This document shows, piece by piece, positions 18,645 to 29,932 of a stretch of DNA of 39,499 nt (positions within the stretch are counted from its first letter, which is position 1; each line of letters starts with the position of its first letter). Under the pieces are notes generated by a model that did not search any database, was not told where the DNA came from, and was given only the letters and a program-made list of their open reading frames with translations. The translations under genes and the position numbers were made by a program. The stretch is from UHGV virus genome UHGV-0144131; one strand, written 5' to 3'. The DNA comes from a virus.

Positions 18645-19217
18645 ATGACTAAGAAGCTGAAAGCAAAACACGAGGTGTTTTGTCGCGAGTTTCTTGTCGA
18701 TCTGAATGCTACACAAGCAGCTATTCGCGCAGGCTACGTCTCCAGGCGAGCACATGTTACGGGGGCTGAACTATACGGTAAACCTGAGATACGCGCCCGT
18801 ATTAACGAGCTAAAGCAGGAGCGTATTGATCAACTGGGCATTGATGCGAATTATGTGCTGATGCGACTGGTTGAGATCGACAGGCTCGATGTGGCTGACA
18901 TCCTGGAGGACGATTTAAGTATTAAGCCTCTGTCTGCGTGGCCGGAATCGTGGCGTCGGTACCTGAGTGGATTTAACCTCGCTGAAATGTTTGAGGGGCG
19001 AGGAGATGACAGAGAAATGGTCGGGATCCTTAAAAAGATTAAGTGGCCTGATAAGGTTAAAAACCTTGAGTTGCTTGGGCGTCATGTTTCTGTTCAGGCG
19101 TTTAAAGACAACGTCAAAAATGAAGTGACTGGCGCTGATGGAGGACCAGTCAGAACAGAAATTACCAACTTAACGCCGGAGCAGGCTGCAGAGGCGTATA
19201 GAAAAATGATGGGCTAA
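18645..19217 (+). CDS. Terminase small subunit
   Basis: 190 aa immediately upstream of the large terminase; N-terminal region ([23 protein letters not shown]) resembles small-terminase DNA-binding domains. Confidence 0.75.
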   Translation: MTKKLKAKHEVFCREFLVDLNATQAAIRAGYVSRRAHVTGAELYGKPEIRARINELKQERIDQLGIDANYVLMRLVEIDRLDVADILEDDLSIKPLSAWPESWRRYLSGFNLAEMFEGRGDDREMVGILKKIKWPDKVKNLELLGRHVSVQAFKDNVKNEVTGADGGPVRTEITNLTPEQAAEAYRKMMG

Positions 19218-19219
19218 GT

Positions 19220-20842
19220 ATGCCGTTACCATTCCCCTTCGATTTTAAACATCCTGATTACCAGATGGTTTTTGAATGGCGGATGGAACGCCTACAGCGC
19301 ATTCGCCAGAATCCTGAAATATTGCCCGTGTTGAAGCAGTTTTACCGAACCAATCCGGCTCAGTTCATCATCGACTGGGGCATGACAACGGACCCGCGTA
19401 ATATTGATTATGGCCTGCCGGTGACCATTCCGTTTTTACTCTTCCCTAAGCAGGAGGAGTGGATCCACTGGATTATGGAACGCTGGAGCAATCGGGAGAA
19501 TGGTATTACCGAAAAATCCCGTGAAGTGGGGCTCAGTTGGACCGCGATCGGACTGGCCTGCTCGCTTTGTCTCTTCAACAAAGAAATGGTTATCGGTTTC
19601 GGCTCCCGTAAAGAGGAATACGTCGACAGCACCGGTGACCCGAAAGCATTGTTCTGGAAGGCGCGCAAGTTCGTGGAAACACTACCTGTAGAGTTTCGCG
19701 GTTCGTGGAGCGAGAAGAAGCACGCGCCATATATGCGTGTTGAGTTTCCTGAAACTGGTGCCGTTATCAAAGGCGAGGCTGGCGATAATATTGGTCGTGG
19801 TGACCGTACCACGCTTTATCTGGTTGATGAGGCTGCATTCCTTCAGCGTCCTCTGCTGATTGATGCGGCGTTGTCACAAACGACGCGTTGCCGTATTGAC
19901 CTGAGTTCAGTTAACGGCATGGCGAACCCGTTCGCTCAGAAGCGTCATGGCGGGAAGATACCGGTATTCACATTCCACTGGCGGGATGATCCTCGCAAGG
20001 ATGAAGAGTGGTATCGCAGGGAATGCGAGAAAATCGATAATCCGGTGGTGGTGGCACAGGAACTTGATCTGAACTACAGCGCATCAGCGGAAGGCGTCCT
20101 GATTCCATCCGAATGGGTACAGGCTGCCGTTGATGCGCATATCAAACTGGGTATCCAGCCAACAGGCAAACGACTTGGCGCGATGGATGTCGCCGACGAA
20201 GGCAGGGACAAAAATGCCTTTTCCACCCGTCATGGCTTCCTCCTGGAAAATGTGCGGGAATGGTCCGGTGTGGGCAGCGACATTTATCAGTCCGTCGAGA
20301 AGGTCTTCGGCTTTTGCGAACAGGACGATCTTGAAGAGTTTCGCTTTGACGAGGACGGGCTGGGCGCTGGCGTTCGCGGCGATGCACGCGCTATCAACGA
20401 ACTGCGTAACGCTGCGCGTCGACCGTCAATACTTGCCACACCGTTTCGAGGTAGTGGCGCGGTATTTGATCCGGATGATGAAGCTGTTCGCGGGGACAAC
20501 GGGCAAGCAGCACGTCTGAACAAGGACTTCTTCGCTAACGCCAAAGCCCAGAGCTGGTGGCGGTTACGTAAACTTTTTCAGAATACCTGGCGCGCCGTGG
20601 TTGAAGGTATGGCTTACAACCCGGACGAAATCATCTCAATCAGCAGTAGCATGGCACTCAAAGATAAACTCATCATCGAGCTTTCGCAGCCGACCTATTC
20701 CATTAATGGTGTGGGAAAAATCGTTATTGATAAACAGCCTGATGGAACCCGATCGCCAAACCTTGCCGACTCGGTGATGATCAACTATGCCCCAATGAAT
20801 TCAGCCCTGAACATCTGGGAGCTGCTAGGGAGACAGGCCTGA
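19220..20842 (+). CDS. Terminase large subunit
   Basis: 540 aa; ATPase-like N-terminal half with a Walker B-like LYLVDEAAF, nuclease-like C-terminal half; precedes the portal. Confidence 0.85.
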   Translation: MPLPFPFDFKHPDYQMVFEWRMERLQRIRQNPEILPVLKQFYRTNPAQFIIDWGMTTDPRNIDYGLPVTIPFLLFPKQEEWIHWIMERWSNRENGITEKSREVGLSWTAIGLACSLCLFNKEMVIGFGSRKEEYVDSTGDPKALFWKARKFVETLPVEFRGSWSEKKHAPYMRVEFPETGAVIKGEAGDNIGRGDRTTLYLVDEAAFLQRPLLIDAALSQTTRCRIDLSSVNGMANPFAQKRHGGKIPVFTFHWRDDPRKDEEWYRRECEKIDNPVVVAQELDLNYSASAEGVLIPSEWVQAAVDAHIKLGIQPTGKRLGAMDVADEGRDKNAFSTRHGFLLENVREWSGVGSDIYQSVEKVFGFCEQDDLEEFRFDEDGLGAGVRGDARAINELRNAARRPSILATPFRGSGAVFDPDDEAVRGDNGQAARLNKDFFANAKAQSWWRLRKLFQNTWRAVVEGMAYNPDEIISISSSMALKDKLIIELSQPTYSINGVGKIVIDKQPDGTRSPNLADSVMINYAPMNSALNIWELLGRQA

Positions 20843-22308
20843 TGGCACGAAACAAACAAGCCCTGCGGCGAACTGCGCAGGCCACAGCTGATGGTTATGA
20901 GAATTTTATTGCCCGCGTAGGGATGCAGACACCTAACCAGCACTCAGCATCCACCTACCGGGCTAATTTCACCAGTCGTAACCGCATGCTGGTGGAATGG
21001 TCCTATCGTTCGTCCTGGATCATCGGCGAAGCGGTCGATGCTATCCCAGATGATATGACCCGCAAAGGCATTCGCATCACTTCGGAAATTGATGCAAAAG
21101 ATCGCGGCATTCTCGAATCACAACTGGATGAGTTGCAAATCTGGGATGCGCTGAATGACGTGCTGAAATGGTCGCGCCTCTATGGCGGTGCGGTTGGCTT
21201 CATCATGATTGAGGGGCAGGCACCAATGACCCCGCTGCGGCTCGAAACCATTGGAGAAGGCAAGTTTAAGGGCATTCTCCCGCTCGACCGCTGGATGATT
21301 AACCCGGTGATGACCCGCCGCATTAAAGAGATGGGGCCGGATCTCGGCAAACCTGAGTTTTACGATGTGGTGACCACTGCCACGGGCATTCCAGCCTGGC
21401 GCATCCATCACAGCCGCCTGATTCGCTTCGACGGGGTGACGCTGCCATTCCAGCAGAAGATGACCGAAAACGAATGGGGAATGTCGGTTGTAGAGCGTAT
21501 CTGGGATCGGCTTACTGCGTTCGACAGCGCCACTGTCGGCGCGGCGCAGCTGGTCTACAAAGCGCATTTGCGTACCTACAGCGTGGAGAAGCTACGCGAG
21601 CTTATCGCACTTGGTGGTCCTGCGTATGAAGCGCTGCTGAAGAACATCGACCTGATCCGCCAGTTCCAGAGCAATGAAGGCATGACGCTCATGGACTCGC
21701 GGGATAAGTTCGAAACCCACCAGTACAGCTTCAGCGGTCTGGATGACATTCTTTCGCAGTTCGCTGAGCAGATCAGCGGTGCCGTTGGTATCCCGCTGGT
21801 GCGACTGTTCGGTCAATCCCCGAAAGGCTTCTCTACTGGTGACGCAGACCTCGCCAACTATTACGACCGGGTGAGCTCATTGCAGGAACGCCGCTTACGG
21901 ATGCCGATGCGTCGGATACTGGACATCATGCATCGTTCGGAGCTTGGCAAGCCGCTGCCGGACGATTTCACGTTTGAGTTTAACCCGCTATGGCAAATGT
22001 CTGACGTTGACCGCTCAACGGTGGCCGTAAACACCACCACCGCGATCAGTACGGCGCTGGGTGATGGTCTGATGACACTGAAAGCCGCTATGACTGATTT
22101 GCGCGAAAATTCTGACGTAACCGGCATCGGGGCGTCCATTACCGACGAGGACATAGAGAATGCCGAAGACGAAGCGCCGCCAGGCATCGGCGAACTTGGC
22201 GACAAACCTCCAGAGTCGCCAGGCGGAAATCCGATATCGAACGAGCCTACGGCAGATAGCGCGGGCGGTCGGGGATATCGTAAATGGTCGCTACGATGGT
22301 TCAAATGA
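20842..22308 (+). CDS. Portal protein
   Basis: 488 aa following the terminase with an acidic C-terminus; assigned by size and position. Confidence 0.75.
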   Translation: MARNKQALRRTAQATADGYENFIARVGMQTPNQHSASTYRANFTSRNRMLVEWSYRSSWIIGEAVDAIPDDMTRKGIRITSEIDAKDRGILESQLDELQIWDALNDVLKWSRLYGGAVGFIMIEGQAPMTPLRLETIGEGKFKGILPLDRWMINPVMTRRIKEMGPDLGKPEFYDVVTTATGIPAWRIHHSRLIRFDGVTLPFQQKMTENEWGMSVVERIWDRLTAFDSATVGAAQLVYKAHLRTYSVEKLRELIALGGPAYEALLKNIDLIRQFQSNEGMTLMDSRDKFETHQYSFSGLDDILSQFAEQISGAVGIPLVRLFGQSPKGFSTGDADLANYYDRVSSLQERRLRMPMRRILDIMHRSELGKPLPDDFTFEFNPLWQMSDVDRSTVAVNTTTAISTALGDGLMTLKAAMTDLRENSDVTGIGASITDEDIENAEDEAPPGIGELGDKPPESPGGNPISNEPTADSAGGRGYRKWSLRWFK

Positions 22309-22933
22309 CAGTGTCACCGAAATAATGGATGCGCTGGAGCGCTACAGCGAAATCATCACCCCCTGGGCGACGAAGGTTGCTGAGAACTTTACCGCAGACA
22401 TAGCGCGCCAGAATGAAAAGCAGTGGCGTCAGCACAGCCGGAACATCAGTGCAGAGCTGCGCAATATGGTTGACCGCGCCCCGGTAGGCCAGGTGATGAA
22501 ATCCATCGTTGCCGAGCAGATTAAGTACATCAAATCGCTCCCTCTTGAGGCCGCCGATCGGGTGTATGACATTCAGAACAAAGCCATCGAGGCCGTTGTG
22601 ACTGGTGGCCGCGCTGAGCCATTCGCGAAAGAGATAGCTGCGTCCGGTGACGTGTCACGCTCACGAGCGAACCTTATCGCCCGTACTGAACTTGGACGTG
22701 CAACCGGCGCGCTCGATCAGGCGCGTGCGCTGTCAATCGGCTCGAATGGTTATATCTGGCGTACAGCCGAAGATGGCGACGTCCGGCATTCTCATCGGGA
22801 GATGGAAGGTAAGTTTGTCGAATGGGGAAAACCTCCAACGCTTGATGGCATGACCGGTCACGCTGGCGAGCTCCCGAATTGTCGCTGTTATAAAGAAATC
22901 GTTTTTCCCAACCCTCATTCTTATCTCGCCTGA
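22160..22933 (+). CDS. Head morphogenesis protein (Mu F / SPP1 gp7-like)
   Basis: C-terminal region (RHSHREMEGKFVEWGKPPT...PNCRCY) recalls the Mu F-like family. The longest ORF overlaps the portal by 149 nt; the real start may be the ATG at 22325. Confidence 0.65.
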   Translation: MPKTKRRQASANLATNLQSRQAEIRYRTSLRQIARAVGDIVNGRYDGSNDSVTEIMDALERYSEIITPWATKVAENFTADIARQNEKQWRQHSRNISAELRNMVDRAPVGQVMKSIVAEQIKYIKSLPLEAADRVYDIQNKAIEAVVTGGRAEPFAKEIAASGDVSRSRANLIARTELGRATGALDQARALSIGSNGYIWRTAEDGDVRHSHREMEGKFVEWGKPPTLDGMTGHAGELPNCRCYKEIVFPNPHSYLA

Positions 22934-22947
22934 ATCGCAGGTAAACC

Positions 22948-24168
22948 ATGAAATATTTTTTCAATACCCGGCTGGGGGAAACCCGCTATCAGCTGGCTGA
23001 CGGCTCGCTGCTGTGCAAAGACGTGCCGATAGGTCGAACGGGTAAGCAGCTCTACGGCGCTGCCGATCTGCCAAACCTCAAACCCGACAAGCTCGGTGAG
23101 ATAGTCGTAACGCGTTCTCCTGAGCAGGTATTCCATCCGGCCACGCTCGCCTCATTCGAAGGGATGAGCATCACGATCCTGCATCCTGAAGATGAAAACG
23201 GGAATGTGCGGCTGGTAAATCCCGAGAACTGGAAAGAGCTTGCGGTCGGGCACCTCCAGAATGTCCGGCGCGGGACGGGTGAGCAGTCTGATTTGATGCT
23301 GGCTGACCTTATCGTCAAAGACGAAAACGCCATTCAGCTTATCGAAGATGGCCTGCGTGAAGTATCGTGCGGCTATGACGCGGAGTACGAGCAGACCGAG
23401 CCAGGTAAAGCCGAGCAGGTCTATATTACCGGAAACCATGTGGCTCTTGTCCCCAAAGGCAGAGCCGGAAATCGTTGTGCAATTGGAGACAGAGACACAA
23501 TGGCAAATCAAAAGAAAAACTGGTGGAACCGCATGCGTGCAGCCATCAAGACAGGAGATGCCGACACCATGAACGAACTGGTGGAGTCGGCTCCCGCATC
23601 GGTTACAGGAGATGATGGGGATTTGCCGCAGGGCGTTAATCTCAACATCAACCTGTCCCCGCAGCAACCACTACCGGACAAAGCACCAGAGATGGGTGGA
23701 GATCCAACCGGCGACAGTGATGATGACCTCAAAACATTACTGAAAGCCCTGCTGGCTAAGCTGGAAGGAAATGCGACGGGCGATAACGACAATAAGCCTG
23801 ACGATAATCCGACCGGTGACGGCGAGGACGATGAAGAGGAAACCACGATTACTGGTGACTCAGCCTGGCGTGCCGAAGTTATCGTTCCGGGTATCGATCT
23901 GAGCCGTAAGATGAAACCGACCGCGTTCAAACGCGAGGTTCTGGCTTCTGCTGACAAAACGCTGGTTCGCCAGATAGTCGGTGATGCGGATATCCGCAAA
24001 TTACCGAAACAATCGGTCAACATGGCGTTTAATGCCGTGTCAGAGATTGCCAAAGGGCGAAACACCCGTACCACCATGGGCGATGCACAACGCCAAAATA
24101 TGGGCATGACCAGCATCGCTTCCCTGAACAAACAAAACGCCGAATTCTGGTCTAACCGCAAAGGATAA
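22948..24168 (+). CDS. Putative prohead scaffold/protease-like protein (DUF2213-like)
   Basis: 406 aa with a highly acidic, low-complexity central segment and helical C-terminus; position between morphogenesis protein and capsid fits a scaffold. Confidence 0.45.
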   Translation: MKYFFNTRLGETRYQLADGSLLCKDVPIGRTGKQLYGAADLPNLKPDKLGEIVVTRSPEQVFHPATLASFEGMSITILHPEDENGNVRLVNPENWKELAVGHLQNVRRGTGEQSDLMLADLIVKDENAIQLIEDGLREVSCGYDAEYEQTEPGKAEQVYITGNHVALVPKGRAGNRCAIGDRDTMANQKKNWWNRMRAAIKTGDADTMNELVESAPASVTGDDGDLPQGVNLNINLSPQQPLPDKAPEMGGDPTGDSDDDLKTLLKALLAKLEGNATGDNDNKPDDNPTGDGEDDEEETTITGDSAWRAEVIVPGIDLSRKMKPTAFKREVLASADKTLVRQIVGDADIRKLPKQSVNMAFNAVSEIAKGRNTRTTMGDAQRQNMGMTSIASLNKQNAEFWSNRKG

Positions 24169-24172
24169 TCCA

Positions 24173-24676
24173 ATGACTGCATATCTGTACCGGATGCCTG
24201 TTGGCATTGCCGGGGCTATCTCTCGCCCGCAGGACTTAACCGTCGAACCGGTGGTCCTTAAATCCGATAACGCCTTTGCTGCCTATGGGCTGGCTGGTAA
24301 ATACGATGCTGACGGTTTTTTCGTACCGCTGGCAGATGGTGATACCGCAGACAAGGTGAAGGGGATCTATGTGCGCCCTTATCCGACCACGTCGCAGCCG
24401 GACATGGTTCGCCAGGTGGGGAGTGGCAAGAACTTCCCGGGCGACGCCATGAAGCGTGGCTACGTGACCGTTAATCTCGGTTCTGATTTTGATGCCAGCA
24501 CCATCAAAAAAGGCGACCCGGTATACGTTGTCGTCTCCACTGATGGATCCATCAAAGTGCCGCTGGGTGGATTCATGGCCACGTCAGTCAGTGGCAAAAA
24601 CGTGGTGCTGACCAACGCTGAATTCACAGGTGCCGGTGATGCTAACGGCAATGCAGAAATTTCCTGGAAGATTTAA
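24173..24676 (+). CDS. Putative head structural or decoration protein
   Basis: 167 aa immediately upstream of the major capsid candidate; no motif recognised. Confidence 0.45.
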   Translation: MTAYLYRMPVGIAGAISRPQDLTVEPVVLKSDNAFAAYGLAGKYDADGFFVPLADGDTADKVKGIYVRPYPTTSQPDMVRQVGSGKNFPGDAMKRGYVTVNLGSDFDASTIKKGDPVYVVVSTDGSIKVPLGGFMATSVSGKNVVLTNAEFTGAGDANGNAEISWKI

Positions 24677-24687
24677 GGAACAGACGA

Positions 24688-25629
24688 ATGATTACTTTTG
24701 ATCAGGCAACCGTTGACAGCTCTGGTGCCTTTCTCATCGGGGAGCTGGAGCGACTCGACCAGACGCTGAACCTGCCACTGGTGGGGTACACCTGGACCCG
24801 CGATATTCAGTTGCGTGAAGATGTCTCCATCGCAGATGACATTTCCAGCTGGACGAATACCAGCTTCGCCGCTGCGGGTACTGGCGCAAATCCGAATGGC
24901 AAAAACTGGGTAGGCAAAGACTCAACCGCTATTGCTGGCGTGAACGTGGATATCGGCAAATCCGGTAACCCGCTGAACCTGTGGGGGATGGAGCTTGGCT
25001 GGACGGTCATAGAATTGCAGGCTGCTCAGCAGGTCGGACGCCCGATTGATACGCAGAAGTATGACGGGATGCAACTGAAATGGCAGATGGATAACGATGA
25101 ACAGGTGTATGTTGGCGATTCCGCATTAAACCTGAAAGGCCTTGTTACCCTGAACGGTGTTCCTGTCAACAACGCTGCCAAAACGTGGGCAACCTCAACA
25201 CCGGACGAAATCCGCGCAAGCATTAACCAGGTGCTGTCTGATGCGTGGGCCGCTTCCGGTTACTCTGTGGTTCCGCGTGATTTGCTGATCCCGCCTGAGC
25301 AGTTTGCTCTGTTGTCCAGCATCATCGTTTCATCTGCTGGTAACCAGTCCCTGTTGACGTACCTTCAGACCAACACCATCAGCTATCACCAGAACGGTGT
25401 TCCGCTGAATATCCGCGCGGTTAAATGGCTGAAAGGCCGTGGTGTGGGGGATAAGGATCGCATGGTTGCGTACACCAACGATAAAAAATACGTCCGCTAC
25501 CCGCTGGTTCCGCTTCAGAGCGTGCCGGTGCAGTATCGCGGTCTGTATCAGATCGTCACTTACTACGGCAAGCTGGGTGCGGTTGAGCCAGTGTATAAAG
25601 AAACTCTGTCCTATGTGGACGGTATCTGA
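24688..25629 (+). CDS. Major capsid protein
   Basis: 313 aa in the expected position, followed by a short hairpin at 25641..25654, a common arrangement after the highly expressed capsid gene. Confidence 0.65.
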   Translation: MITFDQATVDSSGAFLIGELERLDQTLNLPLVGYTWTRDIQLREDVSIADDISSWTNTSFAAAGTGANPNGKNWVGKDSTAIAGVNVDIGKSGNPLNLWGMELGWTVIELQAAQQVGRPIDTQKYDGMQLKWQMDNDEQVYVGDSALNLKGLVTLNGVPVNNAAKTWATSTPDEIRASINQVLSDAWAASGYSVVPRDLLIPPEQFALLSSIIVSSAGNQSLLTYLQTNTISYHQNGVPLNIRAVKWLKGRGVGDKDRMVAYTNDKKYVRYPLVPLQSVPVQYRGLYQIVTYYGKLGAVEPVYKETLSYVDGI

Positions 25630-25640
25630 TAACCAGAATG

Positions 25641-25654
25641 GCCCCGAAAGGGGC
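25641..25654 (+). terminator. Short hairpin after the capsid gene, possible attenuator
   Basis: GCCCC-GAAA-GGGGC stem-loop with no strong T-run. Confidence 0.3.
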
Positions 25655-25669
25655 CTGAAGGAAACTGAA

Positions 25670-26038
25670 ATGGCGAAAGAAAAGCTGGTTACCATCCATG
25701 TTCACACCCCGTTTACGCTGACGCTCGGCGATCAGTCAAAACAGGAGTTTGGCCGGGGACGACATAACGTACCGGAAGAAGTCGCGTCGCACTGGTTCAC
25801 CCAGGCGCACTCTGAGTTTTCCGAAAGCGTGATTAGCGACACCGATGATCTGCAACCCATTATCGACGGCCTGCAAGCGCAGATTGCCGACAAAGATAAG
25901 CTGATTGCCGATCTGCGAGAAGCGCTGCTCAAGCTGCAAGAGCAGAACGACAGTCTGCAAGCGCAGATTGCTGCCGCCCAGACTGGCGGTAATGGGGCGA
26001 AAGATGCCAAAGAATCAAAGCCTGCCAGCGGTAAGTGA
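25670..26038 (+). CDS. Hypothetical head-associated protein with coiled-coil C-terminus
   Basis: Start at the internal Met (MAKEKLV) with AGGAAA RBS; the longer ORF from 25439 would overlap the capsid gene. Confidence 0.5.
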   Translation: MAKEKLVTIHVHTPFTLTLGDQSKQEFGRGRHNVPEEVASHWFTQAHSEFSESVISDTDDLQPIIDGLQAQIADKDKLIADLREALLKLQEQNDSLQAQIAAAQTGGNGAKDAKESKPASGK

Positions 26039-26411
26039 TTTTCGGCGCGACTTTCCACAGTTTGCTGACCCTGCCAAATATCCCGAAGCACAAATCCAGT
26101 TTCGTCTGAATCTGGCTGATGTGCTGCTGAGCGAAAACGTCACCGGCAAAGAGTTGTTTCCGTACTTTGCCGAGTTGTTCGTGGCTCACTACATGACGCT
26201 ATGGGCGGCAGACAGCCGGGCAATGCTGGTTGGCGGCCCGGGCGGTTCAACCAATGGTGTTCAATCCTCTAAGTCTGTTGACAAGGTAAGCGTCAGCTAT
26301 GACACCAGCGCGACGCTGAATCCTGATGCAGGTTTCTGGAATAACACCCGATATGGCGCTGAATTTTATCAGTTGATCACGATGTTTGGTGCAGGCGGTC
26401 GCCAGCTATGA
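26004..26411 (+). CDS. Putative head-tail connector protein (DUF4054-like)
   Basis: About 135 aa; start uncertain (ORF from 25905, in-frame Met at 25992 and 26004). Confidence 0.45.
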   Translation: MPKNQSLPAVSDFRRDFPQFADPAKYPEAQIQFRLNLADVLLSENVTGKELFPYFAELFVAHYMTLWAADSRAMLVGGPGGSTNGVQSSKSVDKVSVSYDTSATLNPDAGFWNNTRYGAEFYQLITMFGAGGRQL

Positions 26412-26962
26412 GCTTCAAAAGCGGTGTAACAACGAGGGTGGATAACGCTCAGGCCATTCTGGATGCGCTCAGGTCGCTAACCAAAAAGGATGTGCTGGTC
26501 GGCATCCCTTCGGAAGACAGCGAGCGTGAAGATGTTCCGTTTGGTAATGCCGGGATCGGCTATGTCAACGAATACGGCTCACCAGCGCAAAACATCCCCC
26601 CACGCCCGCACCTGACCCCCGGCGTTAAATCGGTAGAGGGACAGACAGTGCCGCAGCTCAAAGCAGCGGCGCAGGCTGCGCTTGATGGTAATGCGTCGGG
26701 TGCGGAAAGAGCGCTCAACCGTGCCGGAACGCTGGCCGCTAATGGCGTCAGGCGTTACATGACTATTACCGGCTTTACGCCGCTTGCTGACAGCACTGTT
26801 GAAGCCCGCGCACGTCGAGGTCGCAAAGGGGCAAAAGCGGAACTTGCGCGGCGCGCTGCTGGTGAGTCTCCTGGAACCGATCTGGTGAAACCGCTAATCG
26901 ACACCGGGCAATATCGCAGAGCGATTACCCATGTTGTGAGGGATAAAAATGCCGACTCTTGA
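26408..26962 (+). CDS. Hypothetical virion protein (neck/head completion region)
   Basis: 184-aa ORF, 4-nt overlaps with neighbours in the co-oriented structural block. Confidence 0.5.
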   Translation: MSFKSGVTTRVDNAQAILDALRSLTKKDVLVGIPSEDSEREDVPFGNAGIGYVNEYGSPAQNIPPRPHLTPGVKSVEGQTVPQLKAAAQAALDGNASGAERALNRAGTLAANGVRRYMTITGFTPLADSTVEARARRGRKGAKAELARRAAGESPGTDLVKPLIDTGQYRRAITHVVRDKNADS

Positions 26963-27338
26963 TGTAACAGATGTGCTTTTTGACCCCGATTTTTGCGACT
27001 TCAATTTGTGGGTAACACGCCGAGTGCAAACGGTGGATGAGGACGGGATCGGCAGCGACAGCGAAGTTAAAAAGCAGTTTGCCGGAGTCGTAACTGTTGA
27101 TCGCTCTCTGGAAAACCGCCGTATGCAGGCAGGGCAGGTGATCAGCGGTGCAATTCTGATTGTGACGACTGAGAGACTGACGCAGGGACAGACTGGCCGT
27201 GATGCCGATATCGTGACGTATCAGGGCCGTGATTATCGTGTGACTTTCGTCGACCCGTATACAGCTTATGGGTCCGGATTCGTTCAGGCGCATTGTGAGT
27301 TGCTGCCGTTTGATGGGGGAATTCCGGTTGAGCAATAA
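26949..27338 (+). CDS. Hypothetical virion protein (neck/tail completion region)
   Basis: 129-aa ORF in the structural block. Confidence 0.5.
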   Translation: MPTLDVTDVLFDPDFCDFNLWVTRRVQTVDEDGIGSDSEVKKQFAGVVTVDRSLENRRMQAGQVISGAILIVTTERLTQGQTGRDADIVTYQGRDYRVTFVDPYTAYGSGFVQAHCELLPFDGGIPVEQ

Positions 27339-27876
27339 CACCAGCACAGAGCGCGGATGGCTGATACCAACCAGTGGCGATCCGGATTATGACGAAGCGC
27401 TCGACAGGCTGTTAAGCCAGTGGATGCGTAACGTTTCCGGTCTGTCTGCCGGGATGGTTCGCCCGCGCTGGCAGAAAGAGCAGCCGCCACTGCTACCGGT
27501 TGAAACGAACTGGTGTGCGTTTGGGGTTATCGGATGGTCAGGTGATGACAGTCCGGCATTCACCAGACAGACCGATGATGGCTCTCAGCTCTGGCGGCAT
27601 GAAACGATTGAGTGTATGGCTTCGTTTTATGGTCCGGCGGGGATGGTGTATGCGTCCCGGTTTCGTGACGGTATATCTGTACCGCAGAACAACGCAGCAC
27701 TGAATGCGCTGGGGCTGTCTCTTGGCGATTACACAGGTCTGACTCCCTTCCCTGAACTTATTAATCAGCAATGGGTCCGTCGCTACGATATGACGGTGCG
27801 TCTGCGCCGGAAGGTTGTGCGCGAGTACGGTATTAAATCGCTGGTGGAAGCACCAGTCATCTTTTTCGGAGATTAA
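27313..27876 (+). CDS. Hypothetical virion protein (possible tail terminator)
   Basis: ORF 27268..27876; start likely ATG 27313 or TTG 27328, which has a GGGGGA RBS. Confidence 0.45.
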   Translation: MGEFRLSNNTSTERGWLIPTSGDPDYDEALDRLLSQWMRNVSGLSAGMVRPRWQKEQPPLLPVETNWCAFGVIGWSGDDSPAFTRQTDDGSQLWRHETIECMASFYGPAGMVYASRFRDGISVPQNNAALNALGLSLGDYTGLTPFPELINQQWVRRYDMTVRLRRKVVREYGIKSLVEAPVIFFGD

Positions 27877-27879
27877 GCT

Positions 27880-29025
27880 ATGGCACAGGGCTTGCCTGTA
27901 TCAAACGTTGTTAATGTTGATGTGATCATGTCGCCGCGTGCAGCATCAGGGCGAAATTTTGGTGCATTACTCATTCTCGGCCCGTCCACAATCATTCCGG
28001 TAAGTGAGCGCATTCGTCGTTATTCTGCCGCGGAAGATATTGGAAAAGATTTTGGCGTGGAATCACCAGAATATAAAGCTGCGCAGGTGTTTTTCTCACA
28101 ATCACCGAAACCTCAGGAGGTTTTTGTTGGTCGTTGGGTGAAAACGAAGGGAGACAGCGAACAGGCCACGCCTGAGACGCTGGAGCAGGCTGTGAATGCC
28201 ATGCTTGATTATACTTCATGGTATGGGCTGGGGATTGCAGACGATGCAGATATTCCGGATGCAGACTGGCTGAAAGTGGCTGCGGCGATCGAATCCTCTT
28301 CTGTAAGCCGTATTCTGGCGATTACGACAAGCGATGAGAAATGCCTGCAGACTGCATCCAGCGATGATTTGGCATCAAAACTGAAAACCGCCGGATATTC
28401 ACGCAGTTTTATTCAGTATTCATCGGGTAATAAATACGCTGCGTTATCTGCATTTGGCCGGGCATTCACGGTTAATTTCAATGGCAGTAATACCGCGATT
28501 ACGCTCAAGTTTAAGCAGGAGCCGGGTGTCGGGTATGAAACACTGACAGTCAGCCAGGCATCGGCACTTGATGCAAAAAACTGCAATGTGTTCGTGTACT
28601 ACCAGAATGATACAGCTATCCTCCAGCAGGGAGTGATGGCTAACGGCGATTTCTTTGATGAACGCCACGGCCTGGACTGGTTACAGAATTATGTGCAGAC
28701 CAACCTCTATAACCTGCTTTATACCAGCACCACGAAGGTTCCCCAGACTGAAGCCGGTATTACCCGACTGTTATCAAATGTTGAAAAATCACTGGATCAG
28801 GCCGTTCAGAATGGACTGATTGCTCCGGGCGTATGGAACGGGGGCGACCTTGGTCAGTTGTCATCAGGTGACACACTGCCCAAAGGTTATTACGTATACG
28901 CCCAGCCGCTGGATGAACAGGCACAATCAGAACGTGAAGCCCGTAAGGCTCCGGTGATTCAGGCTGCAATAAAACTTGCAGGCGCGGTTCATTACGCTGA
29001 CGTACAGATTAACGTTGTTCGCTAA
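27880..29025 (+). CDS. Tail sheath protein (DUF3383-like)
   Basis: 381 aa, first of the canonical contractile-tail order sheath, tube, chaperone, tape measure. Confidence 0.6.
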   Translation: MAQGLPVSNVVNVDVIMSPRAASGRNFGALLILGPSTIIPVSERIRRYSAAEDIGKDFGVESPEYKAAQVFFSQSPKPQEVFVGRWVKTKGDSEQATPETLEQAVNAMLDYTSWYGLGIADDADIPDADWLKVAAAIESSSVSRILAITTSDEKCLQTASSDDLASKLKTAGYSRSFIQYSSGNKYAALSAFGRAFTVNFNGSNTAITLKFKQEPGVGYETLTVSQASALDAKNCNVFVYYQNDTAILQQGVMANGDFFDERHGLDWLQNYVQTNLYNLLYTSTTKVPQTEAGITRLLSNVEKSLDQAVQNGLIAPGVWNGGDLGQLSSGDTLPKGYYVYAQPLDEQAQSEREARKAPVIQAAIKLAGAVHYADVQINVVR

Positions 29026-29035
29026 GGGGAAGTGA

Positions 29036-29476
29036 ATGTCTACCTATTCTTTTATGGATGTCACTGCGACGCTGACCGGGCCGACCGGTTCGATTGACCT
29101 CGGGTACGGTTCTGCAAGTTCTGAAGAGGGGATTGTGGTTGCGATGGGCGGTCCTAAAAACACCATGACCATCGGTTCTGATGGCGAAGTGATGCACAGT
29201 CTCCATGCAGATAAAAGCGGGACGATTACCGTTAACCTTCTGAAGACATCACCGACAAATAAAAAATTGTCGCTGGCGTATAACGCACAGAGCCAGTCTT
29301 CTGCCACATGGGGGAATAACGTTATTGTGATCCGAAACAAGGTCAGCGGCGACATCATCACGGCACGTAGTGTTGCGTTCCAGAAACAACCGGATAATGC
29401 CAACGCTAAAACCGGTAATACGATGCCGTGGGTGTTTGACTGCGGCAAGATTGACCAGGTTCTCGGGGAGTTTTAA
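29036..29476 (+). CDS. Tail tube protein
   Basis: 146 aa between the sheath and the chaperone. Confidence 0.6.
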   Translation: MSTYSFMDVTATLTGPTGSIDLGYGSASSEEGIVVAMGGPKNTMTIGSDGEVMHSLHADKSGTITVNLLKTSPTNKKLSLAYNAQSQSSATWGNNVIVIRNKVSGDIITARSVAFQKQPDNANAKTGNTMPWVFDCGKIDQVLGEF

Positions 29477-29479
29477 TAC

Positions 29480-29932
29480 ATGGAATTCGAAATCAAAGGC
29501 GTGAAATATCGCGCGGCAAAACTCAGCGTTTTTGACCAGCTGAAAGTGACCCGCAAACTTCTGCCGGTACTGGCGGGAATGATGTCAGATTTCGGGAGCA
29601 TTCGCTCCCGTTTGCCTGCTGACGGCAAAATCGAAACCGTGAAATTCGAGCAGTTAAAACCGGTGTTTGAAACCATGCTCCCGCGTATCGCTGAGGAGCT
29701 GTCTTCCCTGACCGAAGATGACACCGAAGCGATTATTCATCCCTGTCTTGCGGTGGTGTCGCGGCGTCATATGGACGGATGGGTGCCGGTATTTACCAAG
29801 GGCGAACTGATGTTTGATGATATTGACCTGCTGGTCATGCTGCAGCTGGTGGCGCGGGTGGTCGCCGATTCGCTGGGAAATTTTTTGCCTACACCCCTTA
29901 CCAGCACGACGCAGAGCCTGCAACAGGGCTGA
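29480..29932 (+). CDS. Tail assembly chaperone (frame-0 product, G-like)
   Basis: 150 aa directly upstream of the tape measure; contains a slippery heptamer near its 3' end. Confidence 0.65.
   Translation: MEFEIKGVKYRAAKLSVFDQLKVTRKLLPVLAGMMSDFGSIRSRLPADGKIETVKFEQLKPVFETMLPRIAEELSSLTEDDTEAIIHPCLAVVSRRHMDGWVPVFTKGELMFDDIDLLVMLQLVARVVADSLGNFLPTPLTSTTQSLQQG

Noticed and set aside
20130-20544. ORFs 20130..20519 (+), 20142..20387 (-) and 20287..20544 (-) inside the large terminase gene
   Set aside because: Embedded in the 540-aa terminase ORF; translations are Arg/Ser/Pro-rich off-frame artefacts.
25439-26411. Long N-terminal extensions of ORFs 25439..26038, 25905..26411 and 27268..27876
   Set aside because: The extensions overlap upstream structural genes in another frame, and internal starts with RBS-like sequences give the compact packing typical of phage late operons; features are annotated from the internal starts.
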